DNA from: a candidate division WOR-3 bacterium
GTDB taxonomy: Bacteria; Hydrothermota; Hydrothermia; JBDRYB01
Direction of reading: 5' to 3'
DNA: 64,000 bases
NCBI GenBank assembly: GCA_039803205.1
Contig: JBDRYB010000006.1
Span: 1 to 64,000 of the forward strand
Part shown: in pieces, positions 39,771-49,705 of the stretch
Numbering within the stretch: position 1 is the first letter of the stretch
Layout of the letters: every line of letters begins with the position of its first letter
Notes under the pieces: model-generated
What the model was told of the DNA's origin: nothing
Database searches by the model: none
What the model saw: the letters and a program-made list of their open reading frames with translations, nothing else
Made by a program: the position numbers and the translations under genes

Positions 39771-41596
39771 ACCTGGCTCTTTTCCTCTCCTCCCTCCCTT
39801 ATACTTTCCTTGCCCTCGCCCTCTATCCCCTCGCCCACATCCCCATAGGCGCGCCCTTGTTCCTGGCTGGGAAAGAAAAAACGGAAACCAAACCATGGGT
39901 TTTGGCCGCCTCTCTCGCTCTGGGCCAGATAATAGTTTCCGCAACAACATACCTCCTTTACATATGCGGTCTGAGGTTCCCAACTCTGGGGTTTGTGGTT
40001 TCCGGGGTCCTCATACCGCTCTGGGTATGGGGAGCGTTTCTGTTGATTAAGAAACCTCCGGATCTCAGCGACTCCAAGCGGCTTTTGTGGGGACTCGTTT
40101 TCACGGGGGCCCTGCTTCTTCCGCTCAGCATACTAGGGATTGTCTGGGATGATCCCTATCACTTCTCAAAGGTAGCGAGCATCCTGAACGGGGATCACCC
40201 CTATTTCGTTCCAGGGGGAACCAAGGGTTTTCTCGGAGCATATCACTTTGGGGTTGATTTCCTGGCATCTTTCTGGGCCTGGGCCGCGCTGGCCTGGAGG
40301 CCGTGGATCGTTTTGAATGTTATTTGCTTCTGGAGCTCGCTCTCGGCTTACATCCTCCTTAACAAATTTGCCAGAGGGTTTATTGATGAGCCATGGGCCA
40401 GCATTCTCCCGTTTCTCGCCTTCTGGCTCGGGTCTTGGTATTCGCCGTATGGGCTTTGGGACATGTTGGCTCACGGGCGCATTTGGGATGCCCTTGAACT
40501 AAATCACCACAACACCTGCTTCTTCGGCTACTTCTCCCAGCCCCCCATGGCCTTCGGTATGCCCCTAACGCTAGCTGTTCTATGTCTTGCCGAGGAAAGG
40601 CGATTCTGGCGCGCGGGACTCATGGCCGGCCCTTTGCTCTTAGCAAACCAAGCCCTCTTTGTTTTCTGGGCGGGATACACGGCTCTAACTGGCCTTTTAA
40701 GGGAAAAGAATTACTTCAAGGTCCTGAGTATCGGCATTGCTCTTGCGGTTCCATTCATTCCCCAGCTTACCGCGAGGGAGTTCTCAAATCCATCTGAGTT
40801 TGCTTTTGGCCTGCCAATACTCTGGTTAATGAGGGTTTGGGAGCCTTATCCTGCCACATTCCCAATAGCATACATCCTGTTCTTCTTCCCGACCCTGCCG
40901 CTTTATATCCACGGGGTCTGGGTTTCTTTGAGGAGCAAACAAACAAGGCCCCTTTTCCTACCTCTGGTTCTCATAACAGGACTGGCATTTGTCGCACCCC
41001 ATTTCATCAGATATGTCTACACCGAGGACTTCTTCAAATTCTTCATGCTCTGGGGAGTTTTCGGGCTTCCGCTCGCTCTAATTAGCATAAGAGGCCTTTG
41101 GGGGAAATCCAAAGTCTGGCGCTGGGCCATCGCTCTCTTTCTGGCTCCAGGCCTTTTGGCCTATGCGCTCGGAATGACATACCACTCCCTGAGAACGAGA
41201 CAACTGATCGGTTGGGAGAGGGTGAGGCCAGATATGATGAGGGTCAGCAAGGCCCTGAAGGGGAAGGGTGGGGTTCTGGTGATCGTTCAACCGGGCGTCT
41301 TTGCTTCATTCGGAATAAGAGGGTATGGCTACGAAGAGAGGAAGGCTCATCACCTGAGGAGGATACTGGCAGGCGCGGGAATTTCTCATTATCCTGGCGA
41401 GATATACGGTAAGGCTGTTCATGACTATGAGCCCCTTGAGAGGGAATGGGCCTCCCTCGAGGAGATACCGGATTCCCTTCTGAGCGCCCTGAATGTCCGC
41501 TTCGTGGCCCTGCCGCCCGATTTGCCCAAACCGAAAATAACCGGAGAGGCGGTCCTGAAAACAGAGAGGATAGCGGTTTATCCCCTTCAACGATAG
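39767..41596 (+). CDS. polytopic membrane protein, GT-C-like
   Basis: WDDPYH...YHFG-D motif, more than 10 TM helices; ATGA overlap. Confidence 0.55.
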   Translation: MNLALFLSSLPYTFLALALYPLAHIPIGAPLFLAGKEKTETKPWVLAASLALGQIIVSATTYLLYICGLRFPTLGFVVSGVLIPLWVWGAFLLIKKPPDLSDSKRLLWGLVFTGALLLPLSILGIVWDDPYHFSKVASILNGDHPYFVPGGTKGFLGAYHFGVDFLASFWAWAALAWRPWIVLNVICFWSSLSAYILLNKFARGFIDEPWASILPFLAFWLGSWYSPYGLWDMLAHGRIWDALELNHHNTCFFGYFSQPPMAFGMPLTLAVLCLAEERRFWRAGLMAGPLLLANQALFVFWAGYTALTGLLREKNYFKVLSIGIALAVPFIPQLTAREFSNPSEFAFGLPILWLMRVWEPYPATFPIAYILFFFPTLPLYIHGVWVSLRSKQTRPLFLPLVLITGLAFVAPHFIRYVYTEDFFKFFMLWGVFGLPLALISIRGLWGKSKVWRWAIALFLAPGLLAYALGMTYHSLRTRQLIGWERVRPDMMRVSKALKGKGGVLVIVQPGVFASFGIRGYGYEERKAHHLRRILAGAGISHYPGEIYGKAVHDYEPLEREWASLEEIPDSLLSALNVRFVALPPDLPKPKITGEAVLKTERIAVYPLQR

Positions 41597-41639
41597 ACAG
41601 CCAGTGCGGGGACCCTGAAATAGGCGTTATAATTTGCCT

Positions 41640-41834
41640 ATGAACCAGGTAGCCTTAACCGTAATCATTATAGCGGTTCCTCTCATCACGGCGAGCGCGG
41701 CCATAACCGGAACAATAGTCGGCGCTCTCTTGGTGGGCATATTTGCTTACCTCATGCAAAAGCGAGCGCTTGACTTCGGATTTGGCCTAAAATCAACCCA
41801 CTCAGCCAACGAGGCTGAGGGGAAGCGGGAATAG
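41640..41834 (+). CDS. small membrane protein
   Basis: Long hydrophobic N-terminus; TATAAT 6 nt before ATG. Confidence 0.5.
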   Translation: MNQVALTVIIIAVPLITASAAITGTIVGALLVGIFAYLMQKRALDFGFGLKSTHSANEAEGKRE

Positions 41835-41835
41835 A

Positions 41836-42354
41836 CTACTCCCAGCTCGCGCTGAATTCAACCCTTCCTTCCCTTTGCAGGAATTCAACCCTCGGGTTCC
41901 TCGCACCTGCCAGCTCAAGGGATTTCTCAACCCAGCCCGCTACTGTGTGGAGGTATAGCTCAGGTATGGTCTCCTCATGTTCAATCCTGAAGTCAACCCC
42001 CCGGTCGCGGTGCTCATCCACTATTATCTTGCCCCAGTTGTGATAAAAACCCCAGAAAGCGCCGGCCCTCTTTATTATGAACCTTGGACTCGCGAAGATA
42101 AAGAAGAGCCTGTATGGGCCGTGGGCCGCGTGAACAGCCTTGAAGCGGCCTATTTCCCTGGAGACAAGTCCCCTCTCCCTCTTGGAAAGCCTTTCTATCT
42201 CCTCCAAGATCTGGAAATACGCGGACATGGGATACCAACTGCCCGGCTTTATGTCCTCCGGCAGAATAGCGATGAGGCGCTCTGCCGTTGCTCTGTCGCA
42301 ATTCTCACGGAGGTAATCCCTGAGATTCCTCAGAGCATATCCCTTTATCTCCAT
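41836..42354 (-). CDS. hypothetical protein (DUF2378 / H-NOX-V4R-like fold suspected)
   Basis: IKG...SWYP...IGR...SP-FIIKR---W--Y--WG...GW----LELAG; GAGGAGG ribosome-binding site. Confidence 0.55.
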   Translation of the reverse strand: MEIKGYALRNLRDYLRENCDRATAERLIAILPEDIKPGSWYPMSAYFQILEEIERLSKRERGLVSREIGRFKAVHAAHGPYRLFFIFASPRFIIKRAGAFWGFYHNWGKIIVDEHRDRGVDFRIEHEETIPELYLHTVAGWVEKSLELAGARNPRVEFLQREGRVEFSASWE

Positions 42355-42457
42355 TTCTTACCTCCTCATGTATATTAATATAATATAAAAGATATGTATC
42401 GTCAAGCCGGAGCGATCGCTTTGATCCCCGCTCAGCGGCCGTCTTAGAATATTCAGC

Positions 42458-43273
42458 ATGATCGGCGTTATTGGGCGCAGGGGCTCTCAGGGCCTCCGGC
42501 AAGCCCTATCGCTCGTTCATTCGGTTGCAGGCGAGAGGGCAATCTTTTCCTCTGATCTGGCTGATGAGGCTCCGGCGGGGGCCCGGCTTGAGGACATGGA
42601 GAAAATATCGGCCCTTGCGGATGCCTTTCTTTCCCTCGGTGGGGATGGCACCCTCTTGGAGGCCGCTAGACTCGCGAGAGGAAGGCCCGTGGCTGGCGTC
42701 AATCTGGGATTCTTGGGGTTTCTGGCTTTTTATCACCTGGAGGAGCTGGAATCTCTGGTCAAGGCGATCCTCAAAGGAGATTACGCCACTGAGGAGCGCG
42801 CCTGCCTTGAGGTTGAAAGGGGGGGCGGAAAGGATGTAGGGCTGAACGATATAACCCTTCTCGGGACCAGGGCCAGAATGCTCAGCATTGAGGTCCACAG
42901 GAACCGCGATTTCGTTCTGAGATACAGGGGGGATGGGCTCATCATATCAACCCCGACAGGCTCCACCGCCTACAATCTTGCGGCAGGCGGCCCCATACTC
43001 TATCCCTCACTAGACGCTATGGTTCTCGTTCCCATATGCGCCCATTCTCTCACCGTGCGCCCCATTGTTCTTCCATCGGACTCAGAGCTCTGGGTTAGCG
43101 CGGAGAGCCGAGGGGAGAAAATGCTTCTCTCGGCCGATGGCAGGGAATCCTTCATCCTTGAACCATCCGATGCCTTCACCGTTAGGATGTCAGAACAGAA
43201 GGCCAGGTTCGTGAGGACATCCTGGGCCCCTGACTTCTTTTCGGTTCTCAGGAAGAAGCTTGAATGGGGATAA
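42458..43273 (+). CDS. nadK: NAD(+) kinase
   Basis: GGDGTLL, NLGFLGFL, GDGLIISTPTGSTAYNLAAGGP; promoter TTGATC-N18-TAGAAT. Confidence 0.95.
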   Translation: MIGVIGRRGSQGLRQALSLVHSVAGERAIFSSDLADEAPAGARLEDMEKISALADAFLSLGGDGTLLEAARLARGRPVAGVNLGFLGFLAFYHLEELESLVKAILKGDYATEERACLEVERGGGKDVGLNDITLLGTRARMLSIEVHRNRDFVLRYRGDGLIISTPTGSTAYNLAAGGPILYPSLDAMVLVPICAHSLTVRPIVLPSDSELWVSAESRGEKMLLSADGRESFILEPSDAFTVRMSEQKARFVRTSWAPDFFSVLRKKLEWG

Positions 43274-43289
43274 GGGATCATCCGGGCAT

Positions 43290-44882
43290 ATGAAACTCAT
43301 CTCTCTGAGGGTTGAGAACTTCATCCTGGTCGCGGAGGCCCGAATAGCGCTCTCCGGCGGGTTCAATGTCCTGACCGGAGAGACCGGGGCTGGGAAGACC
43401 ATGCTCCTCTCGGCTATATCCGCTATACTTGGGGCAAGGATAGACTGGGAGTCCTTCGGCCAGAGAAACTCCGTAGTTGAAGCGATATTCTCATCGGGGA
43501 AGGAAACAATAACGGTAAGGAGGGAAATATCCGGGAAATCCAAAAAATCAAGGGCGTTTTTCAACGGCGAGCCGGTCACGGGAGCGGATCTCTGCGCCCG
43601 CCTCAGCACGCTGGTCGCGATACACGGCCAGCGCGAGAACCAGCGCCTGCTTGATCCCGAGAACCACCTAGGGTTTGTTGATGCGTTCGGCAAGCTCTCG
43701 GATCTCAGAGAGGCTTTCGCAAGCGCTTGGAGGAAGAGGGAGTCACTGAGAACCCTCCTTGAAAAGACCAAAAAGGAACAAGAGGCCATAAGGGAGGCAG
43801 AGGAGCTTTACAGGTTCCAGCTCAGAGAGATTGAAGAGGCAGGGCTCAGGGAGGGCGAGGAGGAGGAGCTTGCCGAAAGAAGGCGCGTTCTCTCGGAGGG
43901 GGCGAGGCTCGCTGAGGCGATAAACCGAGCGCTTTACGCGATCCAGGAGGAGGAGGGTTCCGCACTCTCGGACACAGCATATGCCATATCATCCCTCTCT
44001 GATTTCTCCGACATCTCAAGGATAAGGGAGGCAATTGATCTACTCCATTCATCAAAAGATGCCCTCTCTGAGGCCGCGAGGGTCCTCGTGGCTCTGAGAG
44101 ATGGGATCCACTACGACCCTGAGGAGCTTGATTCGGTGAACCAGCGCCTGTTCAAGATAGCCAGGCTCAAGGAAAAGTTCAGGACGGACCTGCCGGGCCT
44201 CCTGAGAATAGCGGGGGAGCTGAGAGCAAAGCTGGAGAAGCTCCAGACCAGCGACGAGGAAATAATCCGGCTCGAGCGCGAGCTTTCCGAGGCCGAGCGC
44301 GAGCTCAACCAGCTCGGCCAGGCCCTTTCCGAAAGGAGGCGAGGGGCCGCGGCAGAGCTCTCCAAGAGGGTGGAGGAGGAGCTGAGAGAGCTCGCCATGT
44401 CAGAAGCCAGGTTCAGGGCAGAGGTATGGCGAGACGAGCCTTCGGAAAGGGGTTTTGACCGGTCAGAGTTCCTGTTCTCGGCTAACCCGGGTCAAGCCCT
44501 TCTCCCTCTCGTTAAGGTCGCCTCGGGCGGGGAGCTTTCAAGGGTAATGCTCGCTTTGGAGACCGCGCTGGCAGAAGCAGAGGATACCCCGATCCTCGTC
44601 TTTGACGAAGTGGACCAGGGCATAGGGGGCAGGGTCGCTGAGATCGTTGGCAAGAAGCTCAAAGCCCTCTCATCCCATCACCAGATACTCACCGTGACGC
44701 ACCTCCCTCAGATAGCCGCTAGCGCTGACGCGCATTTCATAGTTGAAAAGAAGGGCTCAAGGGTATCAATAAGGCTTCTCTCTCATGAGGAGCGTGTCAG
44801 GGAGATAGCGAGGATGTCCGCTGGCGAGAGAATAACCCCCGAGGCTATTGCCCTGGCAAAGAGGCTACTGGGCGTGGAATAG
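43290..44882 (+). CDS. recN: DNA repair protein RecN
   Basis: LTGETGAGKT, IHGQ, ASGGELSRVMLA, FDEVDQG, THLPQIAA. Confidence 0.96.
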   Translation: MKLISLRVENFILVAEARIALSGGFNVLTGETGAGKTMLLSAISAILGARIDWESFGQRNSVVEAIFSSGKETITVRREISGKSKKSRAFFNGEPVTGADLCARLSTLVAIHGQRENQRLLDPENHLGFVDAFGKLSDLREAFASAWRKRESLRTLLEKTKKEQEAIREAEELYRFQLREIEEAGLREGEEEELAERRRVLSEGARLAEAINRALYAIQEEEGSALSDTAYAISSLSDFSDISRIREAIDLLHSSKDALSEAARVLVALRDGIHYDPEELDSVNQRLFKIARLKEKFRTDLPGLLRIAGELRAKLEKLQTSDEEIIRLERELSEAERELNQLGQALSERRRGAAAELSKRVEEELRELAMSEARFRAEVWRDEPSERGFDRSEFLFSANPGQALLPLVKVASGGELSRVMLALETALAEAEDTPILVFDEVDQGIGGRVAEIVGKKLKALSSHHQILTVTHLPQIAASADAHFIVEKKGSRVSIRLLSHEERVREIARMSAGERITPEAIALAKRLLGVE

Positions 44883-44892
44883 TAGGGCCCTA

Positions 44893-46389
44893 TTATCTGA
44901 CAGTGACCTTTGCCTTCTCATCCCCAGCAACCACGAAATAGACCCCGGGCACCAGGGGGCTTATTAGGGTCTTGCCCTTTATTTCCCTCCTTATAACAAG
45001 CCGGCCAGCCGAATCGTAAATCCTCGCCTCGCCTGAGGGGCCGGTTATATAGAAGCCGGAGGGAGCCATCGTGATCCTGAGACCCGGTTTCGCTCCAGTG
45101 TTCCCAGCAACCCCTCCCGCCTCAGTAAGGTGAACCACTGATGTGATGCTCGTATAGTAAGGTGGGTCTGACATTGGCTTCTTGAACCACTCCTGAACAT
45201 ATACCCCTCCCTGGCCATCGGGAACCAGGCCAGTAGCAGTTCCTCTGGAGTATTCCCTTACTGTATCTATCCAGGCCCAGATCAGATTACCTGAGGTATC
45301 AAGCTTGTAGACAGCGGGATATTCGTGTTCGTTGGTGCCCCCGATGAAGATGTTTCCTAAGGAATCAAGAGCTATTAACCTTGCTCCTTCGCGGCTGTCC
45401 CAACCGGGATTGACATCAAGTTTCCATTTTTCGTTCCCTATGGTATCTACACACATTATCTCCCAGCAATCGGGCCCACCGCCGCCGGTTAGGTAAAGGT
45501 TCCCCTTCTTATCTACTGCCATGTTACTAACACTCTGTTCCACCGGGCCTACATATTCTTTAATCCAATCAGTATTCCCGGTGGCCGTGTCCAGCCTCGT
45601 CAACCAGGCTGTTCCGGTTCCACTCCCGGACATATAAAGCCATTCACCAAAGAGAGCCATCGCCTCTGCACTGCGTTCTACCATAGTGCTTTCTGCCCTG
45701 ATCCAAAGGGGATTCCCACTCGTATCCAATTTTATAGCGAGAGGAAGCGGCATTGGACACGAACCAAATATGTCTGTTCTGAACCCCACCATGTAAGAAT
45801 TCCCTTCCCCATCAACCGAAAAGTCATGTGCCTGATCCATCCTGTGAAATGGCCCATCATATACAAAACACCACTTGAGGTTCCCGAAAGTATCAAGGGA
45901 GAACACGAGAACATCCATAACGGTAGCGGGCTCATCTACATCACCTACAACGAGGAGATCTCCTGTGGGACCTATTGCGATTACGCCTGAACCGTTGTCC
46001 GGAAGGCTATCAAGGATATAAGACCAGATAGGGAGCCCGCTGAAGGGATTAAGCTTGAGGACCCAGGATGAAAACACGGTGTCCGCACCGGGGAGGATCA
46101 CGCTTCCTACGGTGTATATGCCTGAGTGGGTCGGGAGTGCACTGCACATTACGCTCCAGTCGTAAGATACGGTGTCCTGATGAAACTGCCAGAGAGTATA
46201 TCCATCATGGGTTAAGGCCCATGCTACAGCGTGAGGATCCAGATAAGGCCTTGAGAGGCCCACCCCCAAAAGAAACCCCTGTGGGGTTTTCATGAAGCAG
46301 TCTGAGCCCAAGGTCTTCCCCGGCCTCATCCCATAAAGCCAGACACGCCAATCAACCTGAACCTGAAGGATAAGGGCGAGCAGAATCAT
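44893..46389 (-). CDS. secreted beta-propeller (SBBP-like) protein with short T9SS-type C-terminal domain
   Basis: Repeated KLDT-GN--W and VD--GN-Y--G; IYDSAGRLV...PGVYFV...VTVR. Confidence 0.78.
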   Translation of the reverse strand: MILLALILQVQVDWRVWLYGMRPGKTLGSDCFMKTPQGFLLGVGLSRPYLDPHAVAWALTHDGYTLWQFHQDTVSYDWSVMCSALPTHSGIYTVGSVILPGADTVFSSWVLKLNPFSGLPIWSYILDSLPDNGSGVIAIGPTGDLLVVGDVDEPATVMDVLVFSLDTFGNLKWCFVYDGPFHRMDQAHDFSVDGEGNSYMVGFRTDIFGSCPMPLPLAIKLDTSGNPLWIRAESTMVERSAEAMALFGEWLYMSGSGTGTAWLTRLDTATGNTDWIKEYVGPVEQSVSNMAVDKKGNLYLTGGGGPDCWEIMCVDTIGNEKWKLDVNPGWDSREGARLIALDSLGNIFIGGTNEHEYPAVYKLDTSGNLIWAWIDTVREYSRGTATGLVPDGQGGVYVQEWFKKPMSDPPYYTSITSVVHLTEAGGVAGNTGAKPGLRITMAPSGFYITGPSGEARIYDSAGRLVIRREIKGKTLISPLVPGVYFVVAGDEKAKVTVR

Positions 46390-46669
46390 CCTTCACCTCC
46401 TTCATATCCATATTATAAGAGAAAACAGGGGGCCGCGCAAGGATCAGTACCCCGTAGCAGTCGTAGATGTATACAGTGAGGTCTATCATCGGCCAGACGC
46501 TCGCGGTAACCGTTCCATGCACATCCTTCGGGGGTGGAGGCGGTGTTTGCCCATCCGGATCCACTCCCATTGTTTCGGCTCCCTCTGTCTCCTCAGGCAT
46601 GTTCTTTTGGCACCCTATTGCCACCAGGATGCCCATCACCATCATGCTTGCTCGTATGAGCTCCTTCAT
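46352..46669 (-). CDS. hypothetical lipoprotein, possibly truncated
   Basis: GAGGAGG ribosome-binding site, lipobox AIGC; 3' end runs through the promoter and start of the next gene. Confidence 0.45.
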   Translation of the reverse strand: MKELIRASMMVMGILVAIGCQKNMPEETEGAETMGVDPDGQTPPPPPKDVHGTVTASVWPMIDLTVYIYDCYGVLILARPPVFSYNMDMKEVKDDSARPYPSGSG

Positions 46670-46900
46670 CCTAAAAACCTCCTCGTTTTTCTGGCGGGTC
46701 CAGGCCCGCGGCCCCAAATTATGCTCTGTTGTGTGTGTGTCAAGTGGTGAAATTTTGGCTTTTTAATGCGCTATTTGGCGATCTCGTTCGGGAAATCCCG
46801 TCTAAGACCGCACAGCTAAATATACCCTTGGGCCAAACCAGGTTGAAACCAGCTCCTCATTTGTTTTAAGCTTTTCGGGCAACAAAAAGGGGTAAGGAGC

Positions 46901-47890
46901 TTGGATGAGATAGTTCTATTGAGCGGAACCACATGCGTTCCCCTTATGAACAAGGTTAGCCTCTGTCTTGATATTGAGCCAGGGGACTTTCTGATAGGGC
47001 GATTCGCTGACGGGGAGGTGAGGGTCCAGATAAAGAGGAACATAAGGGGAAGGGATGTTTATGTGATCCAATCAACGGGCGCTCCGGCGGAGAACCTTCT
47101 TGAACTGCTTCTCCTCATAGACGCGGCAAAGAGGGCATCAGCCGCTCGCGTGACAGCGGTAATACCCTATTTCGGATATGCCAGGCAGGACAGAAAGGCC
47201 GAGCCTCGTGTTCCCATATCCGCGAAGCTGGTCGCGAACTTCATTGAGGTCGCTGGTGCGGACAGGGTTCTCACGGTTGACCTTCACGCTGACCAGATAC
47301 AGGGGTTCTTTGATGTGCCAGTTGACAACCTATACGCGACCCCTATCTTCAAGCCATACATTGACCGTCTCATCTCCGAGGGGAAATGGATGGTTGTAGC
47401 GCCGGATGTTGGGAGCTCAAAGAGGGCATACAGGTTCGCTGAGATACTCGGCAATTTGCCAATTGCCCTGGTTGACAAGCGCAGGGTGAGGCCGAACGAG
47501 GTAGAATCCGTGAGGCTCATAGGCGAGGTAGAGGGAATGAACTGCCTTCTCGTTGATGACATAATTGATTCCGGGGGTTCGCTGAGGAAGGCCTCGGCCA
47601 CGCTCAAGGAACACGGCGCAAACAGAATATTTGCGGCCGTAACCCACGGCGTCTTTTCCGGAAATGCCAAAGAAACCCTGTCCAAAAGCGGAATTGAGGG
47701 CATATTGGTCACCAACACCCTGCCGCCCCGGGACGAGAGGCTCCCAACCAACGCGAGGGTCTTGGATATATCTCCCCTGCTCGCTGAGGCCATAAGGAGG
47801 ATACACGAAAACCGCTCCGTTTCGGAGCTCTTCATAGGAAAAGAATCATGGAAAACCTTAGGCTTGTGGCAGAACATAGAGAAGGTTTAG
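46901..47890 (+). CDS. prs: ribose-phosphate pyrophosphokinase
   Basis: FADGE, PYFGYARQDRK, DLHA-QIQGFF, VDDIIDSGG; promoter TTGAAA-N18-TAAGCT. Confidence 0.97.
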   Translation: MDEIVLLSGTTCVPLMNKVSLCLDIEPGDFLIGRFADGEVRVQIKRNIRGRDVYVIQSTGAPAENLLELLLLIDAAKRASAARVTAVIPYFGYARQDRKAEPRVPISAKLVANFIEVAGADRVLTVDLHADQIQGFFDVPVDNLYATPIFKPYIDRLISEGKWMVVAPDVGSSKRAYRFAEILGNLPIALVDKRRVRPNEVESVRLIGEVEGMNCLLVDDIIDSGGSLRKASATLKEHGANRIFAAVTHGVFSGNAKETLSKSGIEGILVTNTLPPRDERLPTNARVLDISPLLAEAIRRIHENRSVSELFIGKESWKTLGLWQNIEKV

Positions 47891-48480
47891 GCAAGGGACA
47901 TTGCCGCAGAATCCGAAAGGCGGGCTGGATCCCAGCGGTTATGTATGGTATGGGCGAGAAAAGCGTGGCCATAAAAATACCGGAAAACGAGATCCTAACC
48001 ATCCTAAGAAGAACAGGCGGAGAGAGGGTTCTCGTTGACCTAATTATAGGGGATGAGGCCAAGCTGGCAACGATACAGGATGTCCAGCGCGATCCCGTCA
48101 CTGGTAAGGTCATACATGTGGACTTCTTCCTGCTCCAGAGGGACAAAGAGGTGGAAATAGAGATACCCATAACTACAAAGGGCATAGCTCCTGGGGTCAA
48201 GAAGGGTGGGATACTTGATGTGATAACCCACTCCCTCAGGATAAAAGCCCTTCCGCAGAACATACCACCTCACATAGAGATTGATATATCCGGACTTGAT
48301 GTCGGCGGGGTAATTCATGTGAGAGACCTATCCCTGCCCGGGGTTCACATATTGAATCCGCCGGATCAACCAGTGGTCTCTGTCCTCGCCCCGCGGGTCG
48401 CGGTTGAGAAACCCTCCGAGGAGGCTGAGGCTGAGGGGGCCGAGAAGCCTGAGGCTGAGGGAGAGACAGAAACCAAATGA
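47848..48480 (+). CDS. rplY: 50S ribosomal protein L25/Ctc
   Basis: IPAVMYG, Q-DPV----IH-DF, GVK-GG, IP--IE-D-S-L. Confidence 0.95.
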   Translation: MENLRLVAEHREGLGKGHCRRIRKAGWIPAVMYGMGEKSVAIKIPENEILTILRRTGGERVLVDLIIGDEAKLATIQDVQRDPVTGKVIHVDFFLLQRDKEVEIEIPITTKGIAPGVKKGGILDVITHSLRIKALPQNIPPHIEIDISGLDVGGVIHVRDLSLPGVHILNPPDQPVVSVLAPRVAVEKPSEEAEAEGAEKPEAEGETETK

Positions 48481-49070
48481 GGGCAATCGTGGGCCTCGGC
48501 AATCCGGGGCCCATTTATTCCCTGACCAGGCACAACATAGGCCACATGCTCGTGGATTTCTATGCGCAAAGAGAGGGCATGAGGCTCACGGCTGGCAAGG
48601 GGGATTTTCTGGCCGGGCTGAAAGCCGAGCTCTGGGTTGTTAAAACAACATGCTACATGAATGTGTCCGGAATAGCCGTCGCACAATTCCTGGAAGAAAC
48701 AAGCCTTGCCCCATCCGACATTCTCGTCATATACGATGATGCCGCTCTCCCGTTCGGCAAGCTGAGGCTGAGGCCCCGGGGAGGCTCAGGCGGGCATCGT
48801 GGCATGGAATCCGTTATATACCATCTGGGGACAGAGGGGATCCCGAGGCTCAGGATGGGAATAGGCCCTCCTCCGAAAGGTGTTTTTCTCAGAGATTTCG
48901 TCCTGTCCAGGTTCTCAAAGGCCGAAGAAGCGCTCTTGCCAGAGTTCCTTGAGGCGGGGGCCAGGTGCGTTGATCTCTGGCTCTCTGATCCCGAGCGGGC
49001 GCCGGGCGCCTGTGGGGAATTATCGGTGGAGAACCAAACGAATACAGAAGAGGACAGGCCCAACCCATAG
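48477..49070 (+). CDS. pth: peptidyl-tRNA hydrolase
   Basis: VGLGNPG--Y--TRHNIG, YMN-SG, GGH-G, RLRMGIG. Confidence 0.96.
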   Translation: MRAIVGLGNPGPIYSLTRHNIGHMLVDFYAQREGMRLTAGKGDFLAGLKAELWVVKTTCYMNVSGIAVAQFLEETSLAPSDILVIYDDAALPFGKLRLRPRGGSGGHRGMESVIYHLGTEGIPRLRMGIGPPPKGVFLRDFVLSRFSKAEEALLPEFLEAGARCVDLWLSDPERAPGACGELSVENQTNTEEDRPNP

Positions 49071-49219
49071 GATCTCGGGTGTACTGCTTCATAAGCGCCA
49101 AAAGCCTCTGCGACAGAAGCATCTTTTAACGAGTTCAACCCTCTTGTCTCCCAAACCAGATCCCGCGCCACTTCATCCACAATCTGGCCTTCGTATGGGG
49201 CTCTGGGCTCCATTCCTCC

Positions 49220-49606
49220 CTATTCCCAGGGCAATTCCTTGAAATAGACAGCCCTCGCTGTGTCAGCTTCAAGGACCAAATAGACCCAGGCTCCAGCGTA
49301 TATGGGGTGGTGCTTGCGCAGAGGGCCGCCGAGAGCGGGAAAAAAGAACCAGAAAACACTGGTATCTCCCTCAAAGCCAATTCCCTTGAAATCAGGTTCG
49401 CCCAGCTTGAACCCTAGGCTATCCTCAAGAACAGAGCGAACAGGATTGATGAACCTTCTCAGCGCGGCCCTCGCGTCCTCGGAATAGTATGAGCTCTCGC
49501 CGAAGATCATTGGATTAGGATAAGCCCCCCTCAGAACCGGAGCCCGTGGCCCCCCGCCAGCGCAGGCCAGGAAAATGACCGGAAAAATAAGGACAAGCTT
49601 TCTCAC
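49220..49606 (-). CDS. hypothetical lipoprotein
   Basis: MRKLVLIFPVIFLAC lipoprotein signal from GTG 49606; TATCCT 6 nt upstream. Confidence 0.6.
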   Translation of the reverse strand: MRKLVLIFPVIFLACAGGGPRAPVLRGAYPNPMIFGESSYYSEDARAALRRFINPVRSVLEDSLGFKLGEPDFKGIGFEGDTSVFWFFFPALGGPLRKHHPIYAGAWVYLVLEADTARAVYFKELPWE

Positions 49607-49705
49607 CCGCAAAGGATAAAGCTTGGAGAACCCCTGAGGAAACGACTGATTAGGAAACATTTCAGGAAACATTTTTCATTATAATGTAGGCTCGCGAGGT
49701 AGGTT

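Noticed and set aside
45527..45533. Single CTAACAC (reverse GTGTTAG) heptamer
   Set aside because: It is unpaired and inside a coding region, so it was not counted as an operator.
48653..49213. 186-aa minus-strand ORF after the lipoprotein gene
   Set aside because: It overlaps pth antisense for over 400 bp, the SD-like sequence is too close to the ATG, and no domain is recognisable.
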